DNA from: Actinomycetota bacterium
GTDB lineage: Bacteria; Actinomycetota; Thermoleophilia; Gaiellales; F1-60-MAGs149
DNA length: 45,831 nucleotides
Assembly: GCA_947478745.1 (NCBI GenBank)
Contig: CANJXE010000002.1
Span: 1-45,831 of the forward strand
Direction: 5' to 3'
Below the pieces are notes generated by a model, which was given only the letters and a program-made list of their open reading frames with translations, made no database searches and was not told where the DNA came from. Numbering within the stretch: the stretch's first letter is position 1; the number at the start of each line of letters is the position of its first letter. Of this stretch, positions 37,410-45,831 are shown one piece after another. The translations under genes were made by a program, and so were the position numbers.

Positions 37410-38933
37410 CTAGTGCCCGTTGAGGATCAGATCGGCGCACTTCTCGCCGATCATCAGGACGCCGACGACGGGGTTGACGGTCGTCAGCGCCGGGAAGATC
37501 GCACCGTCGGCCACGCGCAGGCCGTCGAGGCCCTTGACCTTCATGTCGGGCCCGACCACGGTCGTCGGGTCGTCGACCGCGCCGACCTTGCAGCCGCCGA
37601 GCGGGTGGTACACGGTGTGGTGCGCGGCACGACCGTACTTCGAGAGGTCGGCGCGTGACGTGATCTTCGGCCCCGGGGCGACCTCCTTCTTGATCCAGTC
37701 CTTGAAGGGGCCGGTGGCCGCGACCTCGCGGGCGATCTCGAGGCCGTCCACGATCGTCTGCTCGTCGTAGCCGTCGGGATCGGTGAAGTAGCCGAAGTCG
37801 ATCGCCGGCTTGATGTCGGGGTTCTTGGAGAGCAGCCAGAGCCGCCCACGCGACTTGGTGCGCGGGATGTTCGGCGTCATGCAGATCACGTTCTCCGGCA
37901 CGGGGTAGCCGAGCCGCTCGGTGTTGAACGTGAACGGAAGCTGGTACGTGTGGTACATCAGGTCCGGTCGGTCGTCGTGCTTGAGCCGGTTGACGAACAG
38001 GGCGCAATCTGCGCCCATCGCCGTCTGCGGCCCGAGCGGCTTCTTGAGCTCCCACATGATGATCGACTCAGGGTGGTCGAGGATCTCGCCGCCCACGCTC
38101 GGGAGGTCGTGCTGCACCTCGATATCCAGGTCGCGGAGCTCGTCGGCCGGACCGATGCCCGACAGGAGCAGGAGGCGGGGCGAGTCGATCGCGCCGGCGC
38201 AGAGGATGATCTCCTTGGTCGCCGAGTAGGTGATGCGCTCGCCGGTCAGCTCGTTGACGCAGTCCACCGAGGTGGCGCGATCCCCGGTCAGGTTGACCCG
38301 CAGCGCACGGGTGTTGCAGATCACGTGCAGGTTCGTGCGCGTGTCCATGATCGGGTGCAGGTACGAGACGCTGGCCGAGGAGCGGATGCCGGTGTCGGGG
38401 TCGTAGGCGACGTCGAGGAAGCCGGCGCCGTCGCCGAAGGGCTTGGCGTTCCAGTCGGGCTGGCGCTGCACACCCGTGGCGGCCACGGCCGATTCGATCC
38501 AATCGGGGAGGATCGGATCGCGGTCCTGCTCCGGCACGATCTGGTGCTTGTTGGGGAGCTTGGCGTAGTACTGCTCCATGTGCTCGCCCTCCCAGCCGGT
38601 GGCGCCCTGGGCGGCCCAGTCGTCCCAATCGCCGGGCAGGGGCTTGAACCAGATCATCGTGTTGTGGGACGAGCATCCGCCCAGCACCTTGGCGCGGCTG
38701 TGCACGATGTGCGAGTTGCCGCGCGGCTGGATCTGCGTCGTGTACTTGTAGTCGAGGTCGCCTTCGAGCAGCTCGAGCCAGCGCTTCAGCTTGAGCACCT
38801 CGTCGAAGCCGCGATCGTCGGGACCGGCCTCGATCAGGCCGACCTTGATGTCCGGGTTCTCCGTCAGGCGCGCTGCGATCACCGATCCGGCGGTGCCACC
38901 GCCGACGATGACGTAGTCGAGATCTGTGCTCAT
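37410..38933 (-). CDS. GMC-family FAD oxidoreductase, choline oxidase-like
   Basis: DYVIVGGGTAGSVIAARL (FAD fold) is present. IEAGPDDRGFDEVLKLKRWLELLEGDLDYKY, RAKVLGGCSSHN, TVYHPLGGCKVG and the C-terminal NPVVGVLMIGEKCADLI closely parallel Arthrobacter choline oxidase CodA as I recall it. Confidence 0.88.
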   Translation of the reverse strand: MSTDLDYVIVGGGTAGSVIAARLTENPDIKVGLIEAGPDDRGFDEVLKLKRWLELLEGDLDYKYTTQIQPRGNSHIVHSRAKVLGGCSSHNTMIWFKPLPGDWDDWAAQGATGWEGEHMEQYYAKLPNKHQIVPEQDRDPILPDWIESAVAATGVQRQPDWNAKPFGDGAGFLDVAYDPDTGIRSSASVSYLHPIMDTRTNLHVICNTRALRVNLTGDRATSVDCVNELTGERITYSATKEIILCAGAIDSPRLLLLSGIGPADELRDLDIEVQHDLPSVGGEILDHPESIIMWELKKPLGPQTAMGADCALFVNRLKHDDRPDLMYHTYQLPFTFNTERLGYPVPENVICMTPNIPRTKSRGRLWLLSKNPDIKPAIDFGYFTDPDGYDEQTIVDGLEIAREVAATGPFKDWIKKEVAPGPKITSRADLSKYGRAAHHTVYHPLGGCKVGAVDDPTTVVGPDMKVKGLDGLRVADGAIFPALTTVNPVVGVLMIGEKCADLILNGH

Positions 38934-38988
38934 GTCCCCTCCCCGGGTCCGTGCGATGTCCGAAGCGTACCGGCGCGCGGCCGGGTTG

Positions 38989-41253
38989 TCAGGAACGCCG
39001 GATCGGCGAGGGCTCGACGCGCAGGATCCGCGCGAGCCAGCTCGGCAGATACCAGTTGATATCGCCGGCGATCCGCATGTAGGCGGGGACCAGGATCATG
39101 CGGATCAGCGTCGCGTCGATCAGGATGCCGGCAGCCAGGCCGAGCCCGAACTGCTGGAACGCCGCGAGGGAGCCGAACAGGAAGCCGGCGAAGGCCGAGA
39201 CGAGGATGATCGCCGCTGCAGACACGATGCGCCCGGTGCGCTGCAGCCCCTGCCCGACGGCCTCCTCATTGGACAGGCCGCCGTCGTACAGCTCGCGCAT
39301 GCGGGTGACCAGGAAGACCTCGTAATCCATCGAGAGTCCAAACAGCATCGCGAACAGGAAGATCGGAATCCACGCCTCGATCTGGCCCGTTGGGTGCAGC
39401 CCCGCCCACTCCGCCCAGCCGTACTGGAAGACCATGACGAGCAGGCCGTAGGCGGCCGCGACGCTGAGGACGTTGAGGATCACCGCCTTGAGCGGCAGCA
39501 GCACCGAGCGGAAGGCGCGCATCAGCAGCACGAAGGAGACGCTGAGCACGAACAGGATCAGGTACGGGAAGGAGCCGTAGATCTGATCGATGAAGTCGAT
39601 CCCCGCTCCCGGCCCACCGCCGACGAGCACGGTCGTGTCGGCGGGGAAGCGGGCGTCCGGGACGTCCGTACCGCGGATTCGGCGGGCAAGGTCCTGCGCC
39701 TCCACAGAGCCGTACGCATCCTGCGAGGCGGCGAGGATCAGCGCGTAGCGCCCCGTGGGGTCGACGAGGCCGGCCTTGATCGCCTGCTGGCGGGCGGCCG
39801 GGGTATCGCCCTTGGCGAGCACGTCGGAGACGGACGCCACGGCGGTGGGCTCCGGGCTCATCGCCGGGTCCGCGCGCAGCGATGCTGCGAGGCGTCCCAT
39901 CGCGGCCAGCTCGGCTGGCTGCCAGACCCCGTCGGCCCTGCCGGTGTCCACGACGATCTGCGACGGCGCGAGCGTGCCGGCGCCGACGGAGTCCTCGAGC
40001 AGCAGCATCCCCTGCACCGCCTCGCTCTGCGTGGGCAGGCCCTTGTTCGACCCGGGCGTCAGCGAGATCTGCAGCGTCGGCAGGGCCAGCGCGATCAGGA
40101 CGGCGCTGCCGACCACCAGGAACGGCCAGGGTCGCCGCATGATCGCCGAGGACAGGCGCACCCAGAAGCCGCTGGAGCTGTCCATGCGCGCCTCGAGCAC
40201 CCGCACGGGCACCACGCGCACGCGACCGAGCCAGACGCCGAGGAGCGACAGCAGCGCGGGCAGCAGCGTGATGGCGGCCAGGATCGAGATCAGCGGGATC
40301 ACCAGACCACCCACGCCCATCGAGCGGATGAAGGGCAGCGGGAGCAGGATCAGCCCCGCCAGCCCGACCGCGACGGTGAGGCCGGAGAACACCACGGCGT
40401 GCCCGGCGTACTCCATGGTCGGGCGCAGCGCCTCCCGCACCTCGTCGCGCGTCAGCGGCACCTGCCGGGCGTCGCCCTCGTGTCCCAGCTTGCGACGCTG
40501 GATGGCCAGCATCTCCTCGCGGAAGCGGTACACGACCAGGAGCGAGTAGTCGATGGCTATGCCGATGCCGATCAGCGTGACGAGGTTCGTGACGTAGATC
40601 GCCATGTCGATGCGGTGCGCGGCGATCCAGACGATGCCCAGGGTCGTGGGAACGGTGGCGAGGGCGAAGGCCAGCGGCACGAAGGTGGAGATGATCGTCC
40701 CGAAGATGAACAGCAGGACGATGATGGCGATGGGGATCGCGATCAGCTCCCCACGGATGAGGTCCTCGTTGACGATCGGCTGCAGGTCGCGGTTGATCGC
40801 CGTCTGGCCGGACAGGTACGTCGTGGCCCCGCTGATCGGCCCGATCGCCTCCCGCATCTGCGGCACGAGCACCTGCGCCTTGCCCGGCTCCAGGGTCGTG
40901 CCGATCGAGACGTAGGCGAGGTCGCCGCTGGTCTGGACGGTCCCGACGCGCGCATCGCCGAGTGCGGTGGCCGCGCGTCCGGCGGCGGCGGTCGTCTCGC
41001 GCAGCAGCTGCGGGGTCACCTTGCTGCCCCCGTCGGCCTGCGTGACCAGCACGAAGGTCGAGTCGCCGCGCTGCCCGAAGTCCTGCTGCAGCACGTTGAG
41101 GACCTGCGTGGATTCGGTGCTGGGAATGTCGAAGCGGTTCGACAGGAGATCGTTGAGTCCCGCGCTCGCGTAGGCGCTCAGAGCGACGACGACCACCCAC
41201 GCCGCGACGACGGGCCAGCGGAAGCGATCGGCGAAGTGGGCGAAGCGAATCAT
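38989..41253 (-). CDS. MMPL-family (RND superfamily) membrane transporter
   Basis: This 754-aa protein has two 6-TM bundles, each preceded by a large extracytoplasmic loop. Motifs such as IGIGIAIDYSLLVVYRFREE and FGLSMDYEVFLVTRMRE are typical of the MMPL/SSD region. Confidence 0.88.
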   Translation of the reverse strand: MIRFAHFADRFRWPVVAAWVVVVALSAYASAGLNDLLSNRFDIPSTESTQVLNVLQQDFGQRGDSTFVLVTQADGGSKVTPQLLRETTAAAGRAATALGDARVGTVQTSGDLAYVSIGTTLEPGKAQVLVPQMREAIGPISGATTYLSGQTAINRDLQPIVNEDLIRGELIAIPIAIIVLLFIFGTIISTFVPLAFALATVPTTLGIVWIAAHRIDMAIYVTNLVTLIGIGIAIDYSLLVVYRFREEMLAIQRRKLGHEGDARQVPLTRDEVREALRPTMEYAGHAVVFSGLTVAVGLAGLILLPLPFIRSMGVGGLVIPLISILAAITLLPALLSLLGVWLGRVRVVPVRVLEARMDSSSGFWVRLSSAIMRRPWPFLVVGSAVLIALALPTLQISLTPGSNKGLPTQSEAVQGMLLLEDSVGAGTLAPSQIVVDTGRADGVWQPAELAAMGRLAASLRADPAMSPEPTAVASVSDVLAKGDTPAARQQAIKAGLVDPTGRYALILAASQDAYGSVEAQDLARRIRGTDVPDARFPADTTVLVGGGPGAGIDFIDQIYGSFPYLILFVLSVSFVLLMRAFRSVLLPLKAVILNVLSVAAAYGLLVMVFQYGWAEWAGLHPTGQIEAWIPIFLFAMLFGLSMDYEVFLVTRMRELYDGGLSNEEAVGQGLQRTGRIVSAAAIILVSAFAGFLFGSLAAFQQFGLGLAAGILIDATLIRMILVPAYMRIAGDINWYLPSWLARILRVEPSPIRRS

Positions 41254-41305
41254 CAGAAAGGGGACGGGCGTGCGCTGCAGGGAGTCTTTCGCACCTGTCG
41301 GATGC

Positions 41306-42772
41306 TCAGACGCAGTCGCGCAGCACGAGCTCGGCGGCGATCTTGCCGGACAGCAGCACCAGCGGCACCCCGCCGCCGGGGTGGGCGCTGCCCGTGGCGA
41401 GGTACAGCCGGCGCACGGCCGGCGACTCGTTGCGCGGGCGCAGAAACGCCGAGCGAGGGCCCATCGAGGCCGTGCCGTAGATGGCTCCGCCCGGCGCGCC
41501 GGTCAGTCGCTCGAGGTCGGCCGGGGTGCGGCGGATGATGCCCTTGGCCCGCCCGCGGGCATCGAGCCCGAGCGCGTCGAGCCGGTCGAGGATCCGCTCC
41601 TGGTAGCGCGGACCGGCCGCGTCCCAGTCAACGGGGCCGTTGCGTGGGGCGTTGACGAGCACGAACCACGACTCGTCGCCCTCTGGTGCGCAGGAGGGAT
41701 CGGTGGCCGCCGGGTTGCAGACGTAGATCGCGGGGTCGTGCGGCGGCTGGGGGTCGTCGAACACGTCGGCGAACTCCGCCCGATAGTCGCGCGGGAACCA
41801 GATGTTGTGGTGGGCGAGCTCCGGCGTACGACCGCGGATCGCCAGCATCAGGACGAAGCCCGAGACGCTCTGCGGCGCCGCTGCCACCTGCTTGGCCTCC
41901 TTCGGGGCCTCGAGCAGGTCGGTGTAGAGGTGCGAGGCGTCGGCATTGGAGATGACGGCGTCGGCGGCGATGCGCGTCCCGTCGGCCAGCTCCACGCCGA
42001 CGGCGGCACCGTTCTCGACCAGGACGCGCGCGACGCGTGCGTTGGTGCGGACCTCGCCCCCGCCCGCCACGATGGCGTCACGGAGGACCTCCGCGATGCG
42101 ATGCATGCCGCCACGGGGGTGCCAGGCACCGAAGGCCGTCTCCGTATACGGAATCACCGACAGCGTGCCGGGCGCCCGCGCCGGATCGGCGCCGGCGTAG
42201 GTCGCGAAGCGCTCGATCAGCTGCTGCAGGCGAGGATCGCGGAACCGCCGTCGCGCCACCTGCGAGAGGGTGACGTGCGCCTGGATGTCGCGCGGGTCGA
42301 TCGGGCGGCCGCTGCGTCGAGCGATGTCCACGATCGAGCCGACGGGCTCGGACAGGAACAGCGGCAGGGACATGTCCCACGTGCGCCGCCCCTGCTCCAG
42401 CAGCGCGTGCCACTCCTGTCCCGCGCCGTGCTCGAACCGCTCCATCTCGGCAGCCGTCCGATCATCGTCGGTCCAGGTCTCCAGCTGCGACCCGTCGTGC
42501 CAGAGGTAGCGGCAGATCGGCTCGACCGGCAGGAGCTCGAGCACGTCCTCCAGGCGGGTGTCGGCCGCCGCGAGGGTCTCGGCGAGCGTGAAGGGCATCG
42601 TCATCAGCGACGGGCCCGTGTCGAACGCATGGCCGCCGAGGGCCTCGTGGTTGAGCTTGCCCCCGATCGAGCCGGCGGCCTCGAGGACCGTCACCTCGCA
42701 GCCCGCGCCGACCAGGCGTGTGGCCGCGCCGAGCCCGCCGACACCGGCGCCGATGATCACGACGCGGGTCAT
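41306..42772 (-). CDS. Phytoene desaturase-family FAD oxidoreductase (CrtI/CrtD-like carotenoid desaturase)
   Basis: MTRVVIIGAGVGGLGAATRLVGAGCEVTVLEAAGSIGGK is the dinucleotide fold. The C-terminal LYLATGSAHPGGGVPLVLLSGK is typical of CrtI-family enzymes. The ATG at 42772 overlaps the upstream stop (ATGA). Confidence 0.85.
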   Translation of the reverse strand: MTRVVIIGAGVGGLGAATRLVGAGCEVTVLEAAGSIGGKLNHEALGGHAFDTGPSLMTMPFTLAETLAAADTRLEDVLELLPVEPICRYLWHDGSQLETWTDDDRTAAEMERFEHGAGQEWHALLEQGRRTWDMSLPLFLSEPVGSIVDIARRSGRPIDPRDIQAHVTLSQVARRRFRDPRLQQLIERFATYAGADPARAPGTLSVIPYTETAFGAWHPRGGMHRIAEVLRDAIVAGGGEVRTNARVARVLVENGAAVGVELADGTRIAADAVISNADASHLYTDLLEAPKEAKQVAAAPQSVSGFVLMLAIRGRTPELAHHNIWFPRDYRAEFADVFDDPQPPHDPAIYVCNPAATDPSCAPEGDESWFVLVNAPRNGPVDWDAAGPRYQERILDRLDALGLDARGRAKGIIRRTPADLERLTGAPGGAIYGTASMGPRSAFLRPRNESPAVRRLYLATGSAHPGGGVPLVLLSGKIAAELVLRDCV

Positions 42773-43539
42773 CGCCAGCGCTCCACGACCCGGAGGCGCA
42801 GCAGCGCCGGCACGGCGAACAGGCCCATGGCGAGGAAGCTGGCGACCGCCACCCCCGGACCCTCGAAGAACAGCGCGTGCGCCACGGTCTCGCCGATCCA
42901 CGTCCAGACGAACAGGGCGGGTCCGAGCAGGTCGGCCAGCTCGTCGTCACCCGGGTGGGTGCGATCGCGCTCCACGAGCGCCCACCAGCCGAACAGGGCG
43001 AAGCCGACGCCGAACCACCCCAGGAAGTTGACGAGCGGGATGCCGTGGTAGGCACCGCCGTTGGGCCAGACCCAGATGCCGAGCCCAACCATCTGCGGAT
43101 CCAGCGCCACGTCCCAGGCGGTCAGCGCGCCGGCCGCGACGAGCGCGCGGCTCAGCGGCGTGTTGCCGATCAGCTCGCCGACCCGCCAGGCCGGATAGGC
43201 CATCATCGCCCAGGCCAGCGGAATCACGATCGGCACCCCGGCCAGCTGGGGCTGCAGCGCATCGGTGTAGGCGTAGGTGCTGAAGGGGAATCCGGTATGC
43301 ACGCCCGCGATCTCGGACAGCAGTCCGACGGTGAAGGCCAGCCCGGCGAGGCTGAGCGCATAGCGCGGGCCGGAGCGATTCCACGCTGCCGCCACCGAGG
43401 CTCCCAGGAACAGGAGCACCGTGACGGCGGTCATCCGCACGGTCCAATCGTCGGGCACCTGGGGGTACACGAGCTGCGTGACGACGAGGAGCCCGAACAG
43501 GGCGACGGCGATCAGCGCGGAGAGGTGGGCGATCCGCAT
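42769..43539 (-). CDS. Carotenoid biosynthesis membrane protein (DUF422 / CruF-like carotenoid 1,2-hydratase family)
   Basis: This is a polytopic protein of about 256 aa with GFPFSTYAYT, IPLAWAMMAYPA, LTAWDVALDPQMV and PLVNFLGWF, motifs I associate with the CruF/Caroten_synth family. It is translationally coupled to the CrtI-like gene. ATG at 43539. Confidence 0.75.
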   Translation of the reverse strand: MRIAHLSALIAVALFGLLVVTQLVYPQVPDDWTVRMTAVTVLLFLGASVAAAWNRSGPRYALSLAGLAFTVGLLSEIAGVHTGFPFSTYAYTDALQPQLAGVPIVIPLAWAMMAYPAWRVGELIGNTPLSRALVAAGALTAWDVALDPQMVGLGIWVWPNGGAYHGIPLVNFLGWFGVGFALFGWWALVERDRTHPGDDELADLLGPALFVWTWIGETVAHALFFEGPGVAVASFLAMGLFAVPALLRLRVVERWR

Positions 43540-43600
43540 GTCGGAATCGTACGGCTGATCCCCCGCTGGCCTGCGATACATCGATCGGTATCCTGTGCCC

Positions 43601-44581
43601 ATGGCCGAACTCGAGCTCATCCTCGCCGCTCCCCGCGGCTACTGTGCAGGCGTCGACCGGGCGGTCGAGACCGTCGAGCGCGCGCTCGAGCTGGAGGGGA
43701 AGCCGGTCTACGTGCGCAAGCAGATCGTGCACAACATCCACGTCGTCCGCGATCTCGAGACCCGGGGCGCGATCTTCGTCGATGACGTCGTGGAGGTGCC
43801 CGCGGGCGCCACGGTCGTGTTCTCCGCCCACGGCGTGGCACCGACGGTCCACGAGGACGCTGCGGCGCGGCACCTCAACGTGATCGACGCCACCTGCCCG
43901 CTGGTCACCAAGGTGCACAGCGAGGCGAAGCGCTACGACACGCGCGGCTACCACATGCTGCTGATCGGCCACGAGGGCCACGAGGAGGTCGTCGGCACGA
44001 TGGGCGAGGCGCCGCAGGCGATGACGCTCGTCGAGACCGAGTCCGACGTGGCCAACCTGCCGGACTTCCCGGAGTCCCAGCCGCTCGCGTTCCTGACCCA
44101 GACGACGCTGTCGGTCGACGAGACGCGCGGGATCATCGCGGCGCTGAAGGTGCGCTACCCCTGGATCCACAGTCCCGTCAAAGAGGACATCTGCTACGCC
44201 ACCTCCAATCGGCAGGCGGCGGTCAAGGCGCTGGCCGCGGAGACCGAGCTCGTGCTGGTGATCGGCTCCGCCAACTCCTCGAACTCGTGCCGCCTCGTCG
44301 AGGTGGCCCGGGAGTACGGCGCCGACAGCCACCTGATTGAGGACGAGACCGAGATCGATCCGGCCTGGATCGTCGGCCGCACCCGGGTCGGCCTCACCTC
44401 GGGGGCCTCGGCACCCGAGCGGCTCGTGCGCGGGGTGATCGGCTGGTTCGAGGCGAACCACACGGTGTCGGCGGTGACGGAGCTGGAAACGGTGCACGAG
44501 GACGTCTCGTTCAACCTCCCCCGCCCGATCCGCCGCGCCCTTGCCGTGATCGACGCCAGCGGCACCGCCGCCAAGGAGTAG
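43601..44581 (+). CDS. ispH: 4-hydroxy-3-methylbut-2-enyl diphosphate reductase
   Basis: LAAPRGYCAGVDRAV, VFSAHGV, DATCPLVTKVH, GHEGHEEV, ICYATSNRQ and SANSSNS are all canonical IspH/LytB motifs, including the three Fe-S cysteines. Start is ATG at 43601, or GTG at 43595. Confidence 0.95.
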   Translation: MAELELILAAPRGYCAGVDRAVETVERALELEGKPVYVRKQIVHNIHVVRDLETRGAIFVDDVVEVPAGATVVFSAHGVAPTVHEDAAARHLNVIDATCPLVTKVHSEAKRYDTRGYHMLLIGHEGHEEVVGTMGEAPQAMTLVETESDVANLPDFPESQPLAFLTQTTLSVDETRGIIAALKVRYPWIHSPVKEDICYATSNRQAAVKALAAETELVLVIGSANSSNSCRLVEVAREYGADSHLIEDETEIDPAWIVGRTRVGLTSGASAPERLVRGVIGWFEANHTVSAVTELETVHEDVSFNLPRPIRRALAVIDASGTAAKE

Positions 44582-44585
44582 CGCC

Positions 44586-45686
44586 TCAGGAGCGCAGGGT
44601 GCACACCGCGCGCGCGGCCGCACGCAGATCCGCGGCGCTCTCGCGCAGCGCCTCGCGGATCGGGCGCGCTCCGCGGCTGATGCCGAGCACGGCCGAGGCG
44701 CCCGCGTCGTAGAGCGCCTGGACGTCGTCGTCCACGCGGCCCCCGAAGATCACGCACGGTGTCTGGGCGGCGCGGCAGGCAGTGGCGACACGGGCCACCG
44801 TCTTGCCGGCGGCGCTCTGGGCGTCGACGGAGCCCTCGGCGGTCAGGACGAGATCGGCCTCTGCGAGACGTGCGGCGAAGCCCGTCTCGCGCATCACGAG
44901 CTCGGCCCCGGGAATCGGCTCAGCGCCGAGCAGGAAGCATGCGGCTCCGAGCCCGCCCGCCGCACCGGCGCCGGGCCGGCGAGCGCGCTCGCCGTCGAGC
45001 CGATCCAAGGTGGCGAGACCGCGGTCGAGCAGCACGATCTGCTCCGCCGTCGCGCCCTTCTGCGGCCCGAAGACGCAGGCCGCGCCGAGCGGTCCCGACA
45101 GCGGGCTCTCGACGTCGACGGCGACGATCAGCTCGGTCGCGGCCAGCCGCGGGTCCAGACCGCTGAGATCGAGCGAGGCCACGTTGGGCAGGTCCATGCC
45201 GCGGCCGCGCAGCATCTCGCCCTGGGCGTCGTAGGCGCGCAGGCCGAGGCCGATCAGCAGACCGAGCCCGCCGTCGGTGGTGGCGGAGCCGCCCAGGCCG
45301 ATCACGATGCGCGGCGCGCCACGATCGAGCGCGGCCAGCACCAGCGGCGCGATGCCGGCGCTCGTGGCCCGCATCACGTCGCGGCGATTGCGGGGGATGT
45401 GCATGAGACCGTTGGCCTCGGCGCCCTCGACCACGCAGGTCCCGTCGGGCAGTACGCCGAGGGTCGCCTTGCGGGGGCGGCCGATCGCATCTCGCGTGCT
45501 CACGGCGACGCGGCTGCCACCGCGGCCGCGGACGATGGCATCGCAGGTGCCCTCGCCGCCGTCGGCCAGCGGATGCTCGATGGCGTCCCAGCCGGCGTCG
45601 CGCGCGCCCTGGGCCAGCGCGGCGGCGGCCTCGTGCGCGTCGAGGGCGCCGCGGAGCTTGTCGGGTGCGCAGAGTGCGGTGGGCAT
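44586..45686 (-). CDS. Glycerate kinase
   Basis: APDKLRGAL near the N-terminus, PLADGGEGT, GGSATTDGG and the C-terminal TGEGSVD-like AEGSVDAQSAAGK are present. 366 aa. The ATG at 45686 shares one base with the upstream stop (TGATG). Confidence 0.9.
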   Translation of the reverse strand: MPTALCAPDKLRGALDAHEAAAALAQGARDAGWDAIEHPLADGGEGTCDAIVRGRGGSRVAVSTRDAIGRPRKATLGVLPDGTCVVEGAEANGLMHIPRNRRDVMRATSAGIAPLVLAALDRGAPRIVIGLGGSATTDGGLGLLIGLGLRAYDAQGEMLRGRGMDLPNVASLDLSGLDPRLAATELIVAVDVESPLSGPLGAACVFGPQKGATAEQIVLLDRGLATLDRLDGERARRPGAGAAGGLGAACFLLGAEPIPGAELVMRETGFAARLAEADLVLTAEGSVDAQSAAGKTVARVATACRAAQTPCVIFGGRVDDDVQALYDAGASAVLGISRGARPIREALRESAADLRAAARAVCTLRS

Positions 45687-45831
45687 CAGCCGAGGAGGTG
45701 GAGCGCGGAGAGGGGAACGTCGCGGATCGCTGGAGTCTCCACGATCTCGCCGTTGACGGTGACCGCGTGGGTGGTGGGATCGACGCGGACGGTCGCGGTC
45801 GCCGTGTTCCGGACCATGTCCGCGGCGCTCA
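45686..45831 (-). CDS. 3' end (48 codons) of an amidohydrolase resembling the C-terminus of urease alpha subunit; 5' part lies outside the window
   Basis: The visible peptide is SAADMVRNTATATVRVDPTTHAVTVNGEIVETPAIRDVPLSALHLLG. It parallels the UreC end as I recall it from Klebsiella ([46 protein letters not shown]). Only a fragment is visible, so the call is tentative. Confidence 0.4.
   Translation of the reverse strand, partial: SAADMVRNTATATVRVDPTTHAVTVNGEIVETPAIRDVPLSALHLLG

Overview
This is a very GC-rich, gene-dense chromosomal segment; in real genes the third codon position is almost always G or C. The gene order looks actinobacterial (rplM-rpsI-glmM-glmS-acpS, rph-rdgB, guaA with a guaB-like gene, pyrE/pyrF, hisS-aspS). 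That taxonomic reading is inference from gene order and composition only. I can support 46 protein-coding regions (two truncated by the window edges), 2 tRNAs (Arg-TCT, Pro-TGG), two terminator-like hairpins, two weak promoter candidates and one complex palindromic intergenic element.

I see no transposase, integrase, CRISPR array, rRNA, toxin-antitoxin pair or recognisable defence gene. Most of the window is ordinary housekeeping: translation, cell-wall precursor synthesis, nucleotide synthesis and K+/Mg2+ transport. The right third (33.5-43.5 kb, downstream of tRNA-Pro) is more accessory: a globin, EamA/DMT transporters, a choline-oxidase-like GMC enzyme, an MMPL exporter and carotenoid tailoring genes.

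The best candidate for something undescribed is modest. Three genes (25834-27325) are stitched by overlapping stop/start codons into the rph-rdgB...pyrE operon. They encode a CDF-like membrane protein with no obvious metal site, an orphan Roadblock/LC7 protein, and a 65-aa membrane-anchored peptide.

Other points worth a second look:
- Two genes (an MBL hydrolase and a truncated globin abutting tRNA-Pro) have conserved N-termini that begin upstream of any ATG/GTG/TTG.
- Ribosomal protein S20 carries a histone-H1-like Ala/Lys/Pro tail.
- A 91-bp nested palindromic element lies between pyrF and a pfkB-family kinase gene.
- Three convergent gene pairs have stop codons that share a CTAG tetranucleotide.

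All domain calls are by-eye motif recognition. No database search was run.
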